From NCBI GenBank assembly GCA_965237675.1, contig OZ250150.1, positions 352,001 to 416,000 on the forward strand: a stretch of 64,000 bases of DNA, given 5' to 3'. Of the stretch, positions 50,210 to 60,766 are shown piece by piece. The DNA is from Candidatus Latescibacterota bacterium (lineage in GTDB: Bacteria; Latescibacterota; UBA2968; GCA-2709665). Position numbers and translations under genes: made by a program. How positions within the stretch are numbered: position 1 is the stretch's first letter; every line of letters starts with the position of its first letter. The notes under the pieces are model-generated. The model worked only from the letters and a program-made list of their open reading frames with translations. It was not told where the DNA came from and ran no database searches.

Positions 50210-51502
50210 ATGAAGATTGTGGATCCCGTTGCGGTCTGGGACGTGCGCCCGTGGGGGTGTCCGGCTTTCACCATCCGGGACTTTAACGGCGATGGGAAGA
50301 ACGAAGTTCTGTTCGTACAAAGCGCGGGTGCGCATGCCAACGAGGCGTTCGATCCGCGATTTTCCGACGTACAGGGGTATAAGACCGGCGTGGAAGACCA
50401 GGAGCTCTTTTGTCTGACCCTTACGGATGGGGCGGGTCAGATTCTCTGGCAGGTTGGCGAGCCCTGGGCGCTCGAGCGGCCCTTTTCCTGGAACGGAAGC
50501 AATTTCTGCGAGGTGGTGGACCTGGATGGAGACGGACAGATTGAGATTATGATCATCCACAAAGCCGAGTTGATGGTGTACAAAGGGGCCACGGGCGAGT
50601 TGTGCAGCCGGCATGAGTTGCCCCATTCGGGGTTTTATTTCTCCCGCGCGGTTCGAACCGATCACTCCGGAAAGTATCACATCTTTACAAAAAGCGTAAC
50701 GTCTTCCGCCACGCATGGCTACGGAAATCCCAGCCTGCTTCTGGATCACAACTTCAATGTGGTCTGGGAAAAAGAGGTGGACGGCGCCGGGCATGGGGGC
50801 AACTACGCCGACGTGGATGGAGACGGGCTGGACGAACTCCTGATCGGGTTCAGCCTGTTCGACCACGACGGAAGCCCCCTCTGGTCCCATCCACCCATGT
50901 CTCAGAACGACCACCTGGACGATTCGGTGATTGCGGATATCGACGGCGACGGACGGTTCGAGTTTGCGCTGGCCCACGACGGGCACGATGCGGTTGTTCA
51001 CGACACGGATGGAACCGTACGGTTCACCGTTCCGATGCACCACTGCCAGAACATCCTGCCGGGGAGATTCTTCGAAGCCGAAACCGGGCTTCAGTTGGCC
51101 TTTGTCGACAAGGCGATGGGGCGGGCGGAGGAACGGGAGGCCGCGGTCGTAAACGCCGATGGCAGGGAGTTGTCTCGCCACCGCACAATGGGCTATTACG
51201 CTGTTGTCGACTGGCCCACCGACGTGGGCCACGACAGCCTGATCCGCCAGGAATGGCCGGCCGAGACCGACGCCGACCACCGCGTGCTCTGGGTGGATCC
51301 CTCGGGCAGGGAACTGGCGCGGCTGAAGGTACGGAAGAATTTCCACGACCGGTTTCAGAAGTTCGGTCTCGAGTCCTTTCCCGCCGGAGGCCGGTATTTC
51401 GGCACGAGCCATACCGCGGCCATTGGAGATCTTGACGGGGATGGCAGTGAGGAGGTGCTTGTTTCGGATCGTGAGAAGGTATGGATCTTCAAGAAGCCAT
51501 GA
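50210..51502 (+). CDS. FG-GAP/Ca-binding repeat beta-propeller protein (PL11-like)
   Basis: Five DxDGDG..E repeats; GAGH and DHLD motifs. Confidence 0.75.
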   Translation: MKIVDPVAVWDVRPWGCPAFTIRDFNGDGKNEVLFVQSAGAHANEAFDPRFSDVQGYKTGVEDQELFCLTLTDGAGQILWQVGEPWALERPFSWNGSNFCEVVDLDGDGQIEIMIIHKAELMVYKGATGELCSRHELPHSGFYFSRAVRTDHSGKYHIFTKSVTSSATHGYGNPSLLLDHNFNVVWEKEVDGAGHGGNYADVDGDGLDELLIGFSLFDHDGSPLWSHPPMSQNDHLDDSVIADIDGDGRFEFALAHDGHDAVVHDTDGTVRFTVPMHHCQNILPGRFFEAETGLQLAFVDKAMGRAEEREAAVVNADGRELSRHRTMGYYAVVDWPTDVGHDSLIRQEWPAETDADHRVLWVDPSGRELARLKVRKNFHDRFQKFGLESFPAGGRYFGTSHTAAIGDLDGDGSEEVLVSDREKVWIFKKP

Positions 51503-51652
51503 CCTTTCTCGTATTGGCCCGCGCCGAAACGTCGACGCCGAAGCGGTCGCCGGCGGACGGACGGGTCTTCCGGCGTGAGATACTTTTCGGGCTTGCGTCT
51601 TTGGAAAAATCGTCCGACCGATGGCACCCGGTTTACCGGAAAAAAGGAACCC

Positions 51653-53063
51653 ATGACGCCTGAAGCGATTCTGAACAAGGTCTGCGATTCGATCGACGTG
51701 CTGATTGAGGCGGGGAAACCCTTTGACGGTTTGTTTCCGTCCCTGCTGGACCTGGAAACTCACCGGATGTTGGACGGAACTGCCTCCGCCGATTCAGGGG
51801 CAGCGGATGGGTGACCGCGCCTTTCTGGGTAGCAATCTGATGCACGACCAGCACGTGCTCAAGATCATGTACGCGCTGGACCGCGACGGGTATCCGGAAG
51901 CGGCTGACCGGTATCTGCGACGGTTTGCGACCCATTGCACGGATACGGTTACCGGTCTGTTCCCGTGGGGCGAGCACGCGTACTGGCACCTGGAGGAGGA
52001 CCGGGTCGGCGACAGCCACCGGCTGGCCGTTCCCGAAAAGGAACCCGGGACCACGTTACACGACCATCTGCGGCAGGCACCCGTCTGGTTGTGGGAAGAG
52101 CTGTATGGATTCAACCCCCGGTGTGTCGAGCGATTTGCCGAAGGGCTGGATTACCACTACAAGGACGGGGAGCCGCGGGAATATATCCGTCACGCCCACA
52201 TCGAACGCAAAGAGCGTCTCGAACGCGGGCCGGAGTCGACGGATTTCCCGCGTCACGGGGGGTTTTACATTCTGGACTGGTCGTTCGCCCACGCGAAGAC
52301 GAAACGTGGGGATTTTCTGAGACAGATCCGGATTATGCTGGATTACTGGTGGCCGCGACGGGACCCGACCGGTCTACTGCTGTCCAAGACGAGGTGTCCT
52401 CAAGCGTCGGCGCGCATGCACAACGCGAACACCCCGCCGCAGACGGTTTCCCTCGCGGCCAGCCTGCTGGAGGCCGCTGAACTCCTAGACGGAAGTTCGC
52501 GAGGATTGATCGACCGTATGCGGAAGCGTGCCGGAGTGTATATCGAAGGCTTTCTGTCGGCCCCTCACGATCCGGACGCGGGTGTTTTTGTGTCTGCATG
52601 CCGGCGTCAGACGAATGAGGTCTTGAGCACGACCCCGGTTTGGGGAAGCGTATACGGGAATTGGCCGCTGGCCTACGTGGCTCTGATCGCCCTGTGCATC
52701 TATCGGTTGACGGAAGATGAACGGCTGATGAACTGGGCGGACCATGCCGGACGCTGGTATTTGAAAACCCCCTTCCCCGAAGGCGTACCGGTCCCGGCAA
52801 TGGATGCGGGGCTCGCGGTCGAGTTGCTGGCTGACCTTTACGATCTGACCGGCGACTCGTATTGGCTGGAACGAGGCCTGGAGATGTCAGAGTCGCTGAT
52901 CTCCATCTATATGGACGGAGATCTCATACGGGGCGCGGCGGGCATCTCCTGGTACGAGTCCCAGATGGTTCCCGGGGACCTGCTGCACGGGTTGGCGAGG
53001 CTTGCATTGCTGGGCCTGCACGGGGATGAATGTCCGTTGGATGCGAACTACACCGCGAAGTGA
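51653..53063 (+). pseudogene. Frameshifted alpha/alpha-toroid (lyase-like) hypothetical gene
   Basis: MTPEAIL...GLFPSLLDLETHRML continues as TELPPPIQGQR...TGLFPWGEH if one G at 51772-51773 is removed. Confidence 0.65.
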
Positions 53064-53071
53064 GGCGCGAA

Positions 53072-54121
53072 ATGAGCGTGAGGACGTTCAAACTGTGGGC
53101 GGGAGGCGATGCGCATGTGGGCACGGACCTGGCGGCTGGCAATCGCCGGAGCCTGGCCGAGGCGATCCTGCAGGCCGAAGGGGGCGGCGCCGGGGGCGGA
53201 CCTCCGTTCGATTGGGACATGATGCTGGATATAGGGGACCTGTCGGGGTCGCAGACGCCGCCGGACGACGAGGAAGGTCAGGAGGTGGTGAGACAGTACA
53301 GCGCATCGACCGGACATCCCCGGGAGGATTTCTACAACATTGTGGGCAACCACGACGCCAGCGGACCGGACGAGCCTTGCCAGTGGTGGTTCCGGAAGTG
53401 GGTGGACCCCACGGGCGAGCATACCGAATATTCCGGAGTCCATGCCGGCCGGCGGCCGTATCCGATCGAGGGAACCTGGGAGCGGTATTCGTTTCAGGTA
53501 GGGAATATCCTGTTTCTGGCGATGGGAGACCGCAACGACAGCGGGCCTCCGGTGGGTCGGGCCGATAGAGGTGGATTTCCAGCCGGCGCGGTGACCCGGG
53601 AAACGTTCGAGTGGTGGACAGAGAAGGTGGAGACGAATCAGGATAAGATCATCGTGACGGCGCACCACCATATGTTGAAGGAAACGACGGTGGCGTCGGG
53701 ACCCTGGGAGGGCGTGGACGGAGGATACCACGGGCGGTTTGAAGACGGGGCACCGATTGGCGCATCGTACCTCTATTTCGTGGGGGGGCAGCCCGACGCC
53801 GGCGTGTTCGAATCGTACCTTGAGGCGCATCCGGGTGCGATCGATCTCTGGCTGGGGGGTCATACCCATACGAATCCGGACGACACCCACGGCGGGCGGT
53901 CGCACCTGGAGCGGAAATGGGGCGTGACCTTCCTCAACGTGGCGGCGATTTCGAGACATCACGGGAAAAAGAACATTTCCATGAGCCGGCTGCTGACGTT
54001 TTCGGAAGCGGCGGCGGAGGTCAATATAAAATGCTATCTCCATATGAGCGATTACGCGCCTCGGGGTTGGTACGACAGTGCGGAGCGGTCGGCGCCGCTG
54101 CGGAAGGCATTTGCTTTCTGA
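53072..54121 (+). CDS. Calcineurin-like metallophosphoesterase
   Basis: DAH, GD, GNHD, HH, GHTH motifs. Confidence 0.85.
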   Translation: MSVRTFKLWAGGDAHVGTDLAAGNRRSLAEAILQAEGGGAGGGPPFDWDMMLDIGDLSGSQTPPDDEEGQEVVRQYSASTGHPREDFYNIVGNHDASGPDEPCQWWFRKWVDPTGEHTEYSGVHAGRRPYPIEGTWERYSFQVGNILFLAMGDRNDSGPPVGRADRGGFPAGAVTRETFEWWTEKVETNQDKIIVTAHHHMLKETTVASGPWEGVDGGYHGRFEDGAPIGASYLYFVGGQPDAGVFESYLEAHPGAIDLWLGGHTHTNPDDTHGGRSHLERKWGVTFLNVAAISRHHGKKNISMSRLLTFSEAAAEVNIKCYLHMSDYAPRGWYDSAERSAPLRKAFAF

Positions 54122-54243
54122 TGTACGACTGACGCTATAACCTGCCTGAAGACGTCCTCTGGCAACCGGTCAACGTCGATGGCTTCACAATCCAACAGCA
54201 GGCAGTTCAAGGCGTTGTTGGCGAAGCGCGGAGCAATGGATGA
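54121..54243 (+). pseudogene. 41-codon stub coupled to both neighbouring genes
   Basis: TGATG overlap at the start, ATGA overlap at the end, same frame, internal TGA at codon 4: MYD*RYNLPEDVLWQPVNVDGF... Confidence 0.45.
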
Positions 54244-55205
54244 CGAAATTTGAGATCGAAGGACGCGACAAGAAGGGACCGATCCGGCTGAGGATTGAGG
54301 TCGACAACCCGTTCGAAGGCGGCGGGCGCTGGCTTCGGGGCGGTCTGCATTCCCACGTGGCGCAGATGGGCGAGTCCCACAGAGTTTGCGCGCACTACAT
54401 GAACCTGGGATTCGATTTCCTCGCGACGACCGATTATCTGAGTATCACGCCAATGCCCGAGGCCACGGATGCATTTGTGACCGTGCCTGGAGCGGAAGTT
54501 TTCTGCCCCGAAGGGGACGATCTGACCCACATTATCTGTCTGGGCCTGCGGCATCTGCCGCGGCCGCTGGACGGCACGGTGGAGGATGTCTCCCGCCTGG
54601 TTCGGGACACCGAGGCGCAGGGCGGGCTGGCGGTTATGGCCCACCCCGCCTGGAGCGACTACTCATGGGCGAAAGCCTATGCCCTGGCGAGGTCCGGGGT
54701 CGTCGGGCTGGAGGTAAGCAACCGGTTGACCTGGCAGATCAACGGCAAAGAGCGTTCCGAGGAACTCTGGCAGATGCTCATTAACGCCGGGGTCCGCCTG
54801 GCCGCGATCGGCGTGGACGATGCGATTGTGCTGGAGGACGCGGACGTGACGGGGCGGACCTGGACCGGTGTGCTTGTACGCCGACCCGGCGTGGAGGGGA
54901 TTCTGGAAGGGATTCGTTCCCACCGTACGTACGCCAGCGAGGGGCCCGAGATTCACGATATCCGCATCGAGACACGGGGTGCGATTGTCGTGGAATGCAG
55001 CCCCTGCACGGCGTGTCACTTCCGGTCGAAAGGGTTCGGCGTCCGCAGCGTCCAGGCTGCGGCGCCTTCGAAACGGTTCGAGGTGGACCTGACCGTGGAC
55101 GGTTACCGCATGCGGGACTGGGTATTCGCTTGTGTGGAGGACGAATACGGGCGCCGGGCCTGGACCAGCGCCATTCCCGTCCGTGTTGAAAAGACAACCC
55201 TGTAA
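54240..55205 (+). CDS. PHP-domain (CehA/McbA-like) metallohydrolase
   Basis: WLRGGLHSH, DFLATTD, GAE, AHP, GVDDA, YASEGP; some His ligands replaced. Confidence 0.78.
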   Translation: MTKFEIEGRDKKGPIRLRIEVDNPFEGGGRWLRGGLHSHVAQMGESHRVCAHYMNLGFDFLATTDYLSITPMPEATDAFVTVPGAEVFCPEGDDLTHIICLGLRHLPRPLDGTVEDVSRLVRDTEAQGGLAVMAHPAWSDYSWAKAYALARSGVVGLEVSNRLTWQINGKERSEELWQMLINAGVRLAAIGVDDAIVLEDADVTGRTWTGVLVRRPGVEGILEGIRSHRTYASEGPEIHDIRIETRGAIVVECSPCTACHFRSKGFGVRSVQAAAPSKRFEVDLTVDGYRMRDWVFACVEDEYGRRAWTSAIPVRVEKTTL

Positions 55206-55223
55206 TTACTGGAGAGGGGCAGG

Positions 55224-57239
55224 ATGAAAAGGACCATTCGAAGGACCGCGATGCTGCACTTTGAAGAGGCCAGCTATTCCCGGGACTACGTTAAATGGGT
55301 CAGCGAGGAGGGTTTTACGGACATTGGATTGGGGCTGAAACCCGACGACGACAAATTCACCGGACAGGGGTACGTCTGGGAGAAGGTGTGCCGGCTGGCA
55401 GAATGGGCCGAGGAATTCGGCCTGGGTGTAATCGTGTTTACGGGATACATGAAATACCGGGAGACGTTCCTGCGGACCCACCCGGAACGCAGCCTGGTGT
55501 GCATCGGCGGAAGCGGTACGGCCCTTGACAGCGACAAACTCGTGATGACCAGATGGCTGTGCCCGTTCCAGCCCAAGAACAAGGCCGAATACGTGGATCT
55601 GATTCACAGAGTGATCCGGCTGCCGGCGCTGCGGGAAATCCATCTCAACGACGAGGCCGAGATCGGGTTTTCCAATGGCGACGTGGGCTGCTATTGCGAC
55701 CATTGCGTGGCGGCATACGAACGCGAAACCGGCGGTCCGCCGCCCCGGGAGGTCGATTGGGCGTCCCCGGCCTGGTGGCGGTGGGTGCAGCATCGCATGG
55801 AGGCCTGGACCGCGGTTCACGCCTATTTTCGCGAGGAAATCAAGAAGGTGCGGCCCGACGTCGTCGTGGGCATCCAGCATTCGCCGAAGGTTGTGACCTT
55901 TAACGACAACCCCTGGCTGTCGGGCATCGATCTCTCTCGTGACGCGGAGGCCATGGACGTACTGTGCACCGATCCGTACCACCACATCCACTATTCCCAC
56001 TTCACCTATCGTCCCATGCGCCGGATTCAGGCGGAGGCGACGCGCGCGTTGGCCGGAGCGACCATCGCGCGTTCCCTGTTCATCTATCCCCAGGGTTTCA
56101 TGCCGCCGTCAGGGAGCCTGGAAATGACGCGCCGGGACGGGTTCATGGCCGGGACGGTTCCCTTCGCGCTGGGCGCGGAGAATATCTCGCCCTATACGTT
56201 CGATCTTTGCCAGATCATTCCGGGGTACTACGACGGGCTGAAGGAAGCCTCGCGGCTGATTCCCTATTTCGAGAAAACCCGGCCCTACAGCGCCGCCACT
56301 GTGATCAAGCCTTCCCAGACGGAAATCTACGGGTATCCTGGGAAGCACTGGGGACGCGACGTCCTGGCCATCTGGCCGGACGTGATGAACCAGGTCGGGC
56401 TGCCCTGGCGATGGGTGTTCGACCGGCGGCTTCCGGATGCGGGCGGGGCGTTGAGCGGCCCGGTGATTCTGCCTGAGACCCACTGTCTGACACGGGAACA
56501 GCGCGCCGTACTGAACGCGCACGCGGAGGGTGGCAACGGGCTGCTCTGGGTGGGCCGGACGCCGGCCGGGGAGTGGTCCGGCGAAGGCGCGTATCCACCC
56601 CCGCCCGGCGCCGCTGCAGGGCTTTCAGAGTTGAAGCCGGTCGTTTCCGATCACCCGGTTCTGGAGGGCATCGACGCGCCCATCATGCTGGGGTCGGCGT
56701 TTATGGAACCCGGTCTCGAAGGAGAGACAATCGCCCAAGTGGACGGACGCCCGGCGCTTGTAGCGAGCGAGTCCGCCGGTCGACGCGAGATCTGGATGGC
56801 GGGTACGCCCCTGTTCAACTACGTGGAGCCGGGAGATCACGGAGCGGTTCGCACTCCCACGGGTGGGATGACGCTGCTGCGGAACGCATTGGCCTGGTTG
56901 TCCGGAGAAGCTCCCGCGGCCAGGCTGTGGCCCTATCCTCCCAGGAACGACTATGGAGACCTGCGCCCCTGGGACCGGCGCGACGTGCCGACGATGGAGT
57001 TGTTCCCCATGTCGGGAGACGGTTGTCTCGTCTGTCTGATTTTCAACTATCTGGGGCTGGCTTACGAGACCAACCTGGTGATGCGGGTGCCGCAAGGGTC
57101 GTCAGCCACGACACTTGTGGATATATATTCAGGCGAGGATCTGATGACCTCCGCGGAAGTCGAGGGGCGGATCGTGAGGCTGCCAGTGACGATGCCCGGC
57201 GACAGGGATTTCATGGCGGTTGAACTGCTCTGGGATTGA
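55224..57239 (+). CDS. Putative glycoside hydrolase-like TIM barrel with GH42-type trimerisation domain
   Basis: LCP, LNDE, CYCDHC, TDPY; class-I GATase-like C-terminal region (ILPETHCLT). Confidence 0.65.
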   Translation: MKRTIRRTAMLHFEEASYSRDYVKWVSEEGFTDIGLGLKPDDDKFTGQGYVWEKVCRLAEWAEEFGLGVIVFTGYMKYRETFLRTHPERSLVCIGGSGTALDSDKLVMTRWLCPFQPKNKAEYVDLIHRVIRLPALREIHLNDEAEIGFSNGDVGCYCDHCVAAYERETGGPPPREVDWASPAWWRWVQHRMEAWTAVHAYFREEIKKVRPDVVVGIQHSPKVVTFNDNPWLSGIDLSRDAEAMDVLCTDPYHHIHYSHFTYRPMRRIQAEATRALAGATIARSLFIYPQGFMPPSGSLEMTRRDGFMAGTVPFALGAENISPYTFDLCQIIPGYYDGLKEASRLIPYFEKTRPYSAATVIKPSQTEIYGYPGKHWGRDVLAIWPDVMNQVGLPWRWVFDRRLPDAGGALSGPVILPETHCLTREQRAVLNAHAEGGNGLLWVGRTPAGEWSGEGAYPPPPGAAAGLSELKPVVSDHPVLEGIDAPIMLGSAFMEPGLEGETIAQVDGRPALVASESAGRREIWMAGTPLFNYVEPGDHGAVRTPTGGMTLLRNALAWLSGEAPAARLWPYPPRNDYGDLRPWDRRDVPTMELFPMSGDGCLVCLIFNYLGLAYETNLVMRVPQGSSATTLVDIYSGEDLMTSAEVEGRIVRLPVTMPGDRDFMAVELLWD

Positions 57240-57285
57240 CGTTTCAGTGTTGCTGGCCGAATGACGTTCGTTGCACCTATCGAAG

Positions 57286-57349
57286 CGTGGTCATTGCGTG
57301 CGTTGAGCTTGTCGAAACGGCTTGTCGAAATGCCCGTATTTCGCTACCC
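57286..57349. repeat. Second copy of the TGAGCTTGTCGAAATGCCCG element
   Basis: Matches 36752-36793, with an internal duplication of GCTTGTCGAAA. Confidence 0.7.
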
Positions 57350-57480
57350 GTGAGATGGAATTTCCACCGCCCCTGACGTCCCCAATCCCCTCCCTTTTAC
57401 CCCCTTCCTGAAGGAACGAGGGAACTGTCATCGGTTGAAGAGATATCGACGTTAAATAATCCGCGCGACACCCGGTTCTG

Positions 57481-57561
57481 CTCCCCCTCTCCCCCCGGGA
57501 GAGGGGGCTGGGGGGAGAGGTTCTCCCCCTTTCCTTTAGGAGAGGGGGCCGGGGGGAGAGG
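57481..57561. repeat. Tandem CCCCTCTCC...GGAGAGGGGG hairpin (REP-like) units
   Basis: Two units CTCCCCCT(C/T)TCC-loop-GGAGAGGGGGC(T/C)GGGGGGAGAGG. Confidence 0.75.
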
Positions 57562-57778
57562 TCACGGCGCTGGCGTGAATTTAATGGGCTTTGATTCAAG
57601 CTGACCGCAGATCACTGAAAGCTAATAGCTGTTCTATGCATAGAGAAGCTGGTAGCAAGAAAGGTGCGAGAGTACCACATTACTGGTAACATAATTTGTC
57701 TAACATTTGTTGCCCCTGCTGCAATGGAGCACGATGTAAACCTTAAGCTGCTCCCGTAAATACCGGAGGGATCGAACA

Positions 57779-58624
57779 ATGTCCGAACGAGCCGACGCGC
57801 ATATTCATCTGTTTGAGGGAGGCTACCAGGATTCCTTTGTGAAGCGGCTGGGCCGGCCCATCGATGAAGCCGTCGTTTACGCATCGCTGGCGAAGGATCA
57901 CGGGGTGAAGGCCGCACTGATCGTCGGCTATGCGGATGTCCCTTGGGCGGTGGAAAATACCCGCTTTCTTAAACAAATGGTGGCCGAGTACGACTGGGTG
58001 TATCCCGCGGCCTATTTCGATCCTTCGGATCCGCCGGCGATGGAAGACCTGGAGCAACTGAAAGCCGAGGGATTCGTGGGGTTGAGCTTCTATATATTCG
58101 GGCCGGAACGCGTGCGAGCGCTCCTGAACATATCGGATGAGGTCTGGCGTTGGCTGGCATCCAGCCGTTGGCTCGTCAGTGTGAATTCAAAAGGCAAGGA
58201 CTGGAGGGCATGGCAGGAGGTCCTGCGCCGACACCCGGAATTGCGCCTTGTCGTGTCCCACATGGGCCTGCCGCCGAGACAGGCCGAAACGCCCGACGCC
58301 GACGGTGCGAGGTCCGCGATGGACAGCGTGGTGGCGCTGGCCGGATTTGCTCAAACCAGGGTTAAGCTGAGTGGATTTTATGCGTTGACTGATCCGGGTC
58401 ACGATTATCCGAACCGGGCGGCCTGGCCTTACGTGGAAGCCCTGCTGGATGCCTACGGCGTCGAACGGTTGCTCTGGGCGTCGGATTTTTCGCCCTGCCT
58501 GGACTGGCTCACGTTTCCTCAAACTTACGGCCTGTTTTCCATGATGCCGTTCCTGACCGAAGCGGACCGGGAGCGGATCGAAGGGTCCAATCTTCTGGCC
58601 TTGCTGGATGAGGTCGCAAGGTGA
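57779..58624 (+). CDS. Amidohydrolase family protein (sugar lactonase-like)
   Basis: DAHIH, SHMG, VKLSG, WASDFS. Confidence 0.85.
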   Translation: MSERADAHIHLFEGGYQDSFVKRLGRPIDEAVVYASLAKDHGVKAALIVGYADVPWAVENTRFLKQMVAEYDWVYPAAYFDPSDPPAMEDLEQLKAEGFVGLSFYIFGPERVRALLNISDEVWRWLASSRWLVSVNSKGKDWRAWQEVLRRHPELRLVVSHMGLPPRQAETPDADGARSAMDSVVALAGFAQTRVKLSGFYALTDPGHDYPNRAAWPYVEALLDAYGVERLLWASDFSPCLDWLTFPQTYGLFSMMPFLTEADRERIEGSNLLALLDEVAR

Positions 58625-58703
58625 ACCGGACGTCCGCATCGTGAAGGTGAAACGTACGACAGAATCACTATCGGACTCGGAAAGAAGCGACGGAGGTCTT
58701 GCA

Positions 58704-59696
58704 ATGAAAAAACTGGGCGTTGGGATTGTGGGCATCGGACACGCGGGACGGGAACACTTCACGGCGTTTGAGGAGAATCTCCACGCTGCAGTACGGGCGG
58801 TCTGGGCCCCCAGCCGAAGCAGACTCGACCTCTTCCCGGGGCCAACCGGTCTTTTTGCCTCGAGCTACGAATCGATACTGGAACGCGACGATATCGATAT
58901 CGTTTCCCTCTGCAGCCCCAACTACGCGCACGCCGATCAGGCGGTTGCGGCGCTCGAAGCCGATAAGCACGTGATCTGTGAGAAACCCCTGGCGACCACG
59001 CTGGAAGACTGCGAGCGGATCGTGCGGATGGCCGATACAAAACCCTCGCTCAAATTCATGGTGGGGCAGAGCGCCCGGTTCAATCCAATTTGCAAGACCA
59101 TTAAACGCCTGTACGACGAGGGAGAACTGGGAGAGGCCTTCTACGCGGAGGCGGATTATCTGCACAACATCGGGAAACGGATCAAGGACTGGTGGGCCGA
59201 CGACAAGAATCCGCACTTCGGACTGATGGGCGGCGGCGTGCACCCCATCGATCTCCTGCGATGGATCGTGGGAGATATCGATGAAGTATTCGCGATTTCC
59301 AACCATAAGGTGCTCGCCGACTTCCCCCACGACGACGCTTTCCTGATGAATTTCAGGTTTGAGAACGGATGCCTGGGAAAGATGGCCGCGTTTCTGGGAT
59401 GTCAGCGGCCCTACGAGTTGAATCTTGCGATTTACGGAACAAGAGGCACCGCGATCAACAACAGGTTGTATCTCAGCAAAGTCGAGGAACTGGAGGATTT
59501 TATCCGGTTGCCGATAACGATTCTTGCCGAGCACCCCACGTTCGGGGAAGAGATGGCGCATTTCGTGGAATGTATTCTGAACGACAAAAGGCCGATGATC
59601 GACGTGCGGGACGGCGCGAAGTCCGCGGCTACCTGCATCGCAGGAGGTGAATCCATCGAGACCGGCAAGCCCGTCCGCGTGAGAAACGCGTTTTGA
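58704..59696 (+). CDS. Gfo/Idh/MocA family oxidoreductase
   Basis: GIVGIG, HVICEKP, GGGVHPID; GGAGG RBS. Confidence 0.9.
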   Translation: MKKLGVGIVGIGHAGREHFTAFEENLHAAVRAVWAPSRSRLDLFPGPTGLFASSYESILERDDIDIVSLCSPNYAHADQAVAALEADKHVICEKPLATTLEDCERIVRMADTKPSLKFMVGQSARFNPICKTIKRLYDEGELGEAFYAEADYLHNIGKRIKDWWADDKNPHFGLMGGGVHPIDLLRWIVGDIDEVFAISNHKVLADFPHDDAFLMNFRFENGCLGKMAAFLGCQRPYELNLAIYGTRGTAINNRLYLSKVEELEDFIRLPITILAEHPTFGEEMAHFVECILNDKRPMIDVRDGAKSAATCIAGGESIETGKPVRVRNAF

Positions 59697-59968
59697 TTTC
59701 CGTTCATTTGACGTGTATTATTCACGAAAAGAGATGGTTTCTTGAATAAACGATTGTTTTTAAAGAAATTCAGTGTTGACCATATAGACAACCTTAACGG
59801 GTGTGGGAACGGGGTGGTCAGAGTAATGTCGCGCAGTCTATGGTGGACGGATTCATCGCTGTAACCCCCAAAAGGGAGCATTTCTCGTGCTCTTGGTTTT
59901 TTGTCCTGTCTATCCTGTCCATCCATGTAAATTCCGGCTTTTGAATTGAAGAGGTTACGGAGGTTCCG

Positions 59969-60766
59969 ATGAAGCTTTCGCTGTCCGGTCGACTGATTGA
60001 AATGACGAAACAATCCTATGCGATGACGGTGGAAGAATTCCTGCAGCTTACCGTAAAAGCGGGCTATCAGGGGGTGCATCTGAGGGACGGGCAGATCGAT
60101 CACCTCTTCAGGGAGGAACGTTCCGACGAACTGGAAGCCCTCTTTGTCGAACACGGTCTGGGCTGCAGTATGCTCTGGGGACGGTTGGACTCCGCTTCGT
60201 TCGACGCGGAACTGACAAGGAAGAAACTGGCATTCCTGCGGCGGGTCGAACTGGATCAACTGATGATCGGGTACCCGACGGATATAGGATTGATCCGTGA
60301 ATGGTGCGACCTGGCGGCGCAGCAGGAAATCACGCTCGTCATCGCGTGCCACGTCAACAGCCTGTTTGAGAATATTCTTCGCGCCCGCGCTTTCATAAAG
60401 AAGGTTGACCGCCCGAATCTCGGACTGAATGTCGATCCCTTGAACATATATATGGCGGAACAGGACTACGGCCTGGCCACCCTGGAACAGGTTAAAGACC
60501 TGTTACGGATCGTCAACATACAGGGCGGCGTATTGCACCAGGGCGAGCAGACCATTCGCCGGTATTACCTGAAGACCACCCCGACGTTCCGCAGGGTCTA
60601 CCTGTGCGACGAGGATCATCTGGACATCCCCCGGTTTATTTCGGACTTGAAAACCGTCGGCTACGACGGTTATGTAAACGTCCTGGAGCCATATTCCAGG
60701 GACGATGATCTCTCACGCGTGGCGACGGATACGGCGCGATTGCTGCAAGGATATATCGACGGTTGA
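59969..60766 (+). CDS. Sugar phosphate isomerase/epimerase (xylose isomerase-like TIM barrel)
   Basis: AGYQGVHL, NLGLNVDPLN, GYDGYVNVLE; several canonical metal ligands look substituted. Confidence 0.75.
   Translation: MKLSLSGRLIEMTKQSYAMTVEEFLQLTVKAGYQGVHLRDGQIDHLFREERSDELEALFVEHGLGCSMLWGRLDSASFDAELTRKKLAFLRRVELDQLMIGYPTDIGLIREWCDLAAQQEITLVIACHVNSLFENILRARAFIKKVDRPNLGLNVDPLNIYMAEQDYGLATLEQVKDLLRIVNIQGGVLHQGEQTIRRYYLKTTPTFRRVYLCDEDHLDIPRFISDLKTVGYDGYVNVLEPYSRDDDLSRVATDTARLLQGYIDG

Noticed and set aside
30367-54132. TGA recoding (Trp or Sec), suggested by in-frame TGAs at 30367 and 54130
   Set aside because: Both are in decayed stubs, TGA terminates many intact genes here, and MsrB has Cys.
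57286-57561. CRISPR array
   Set aside because: Only two hairpin units, no regular unique spacers, no cas genes.
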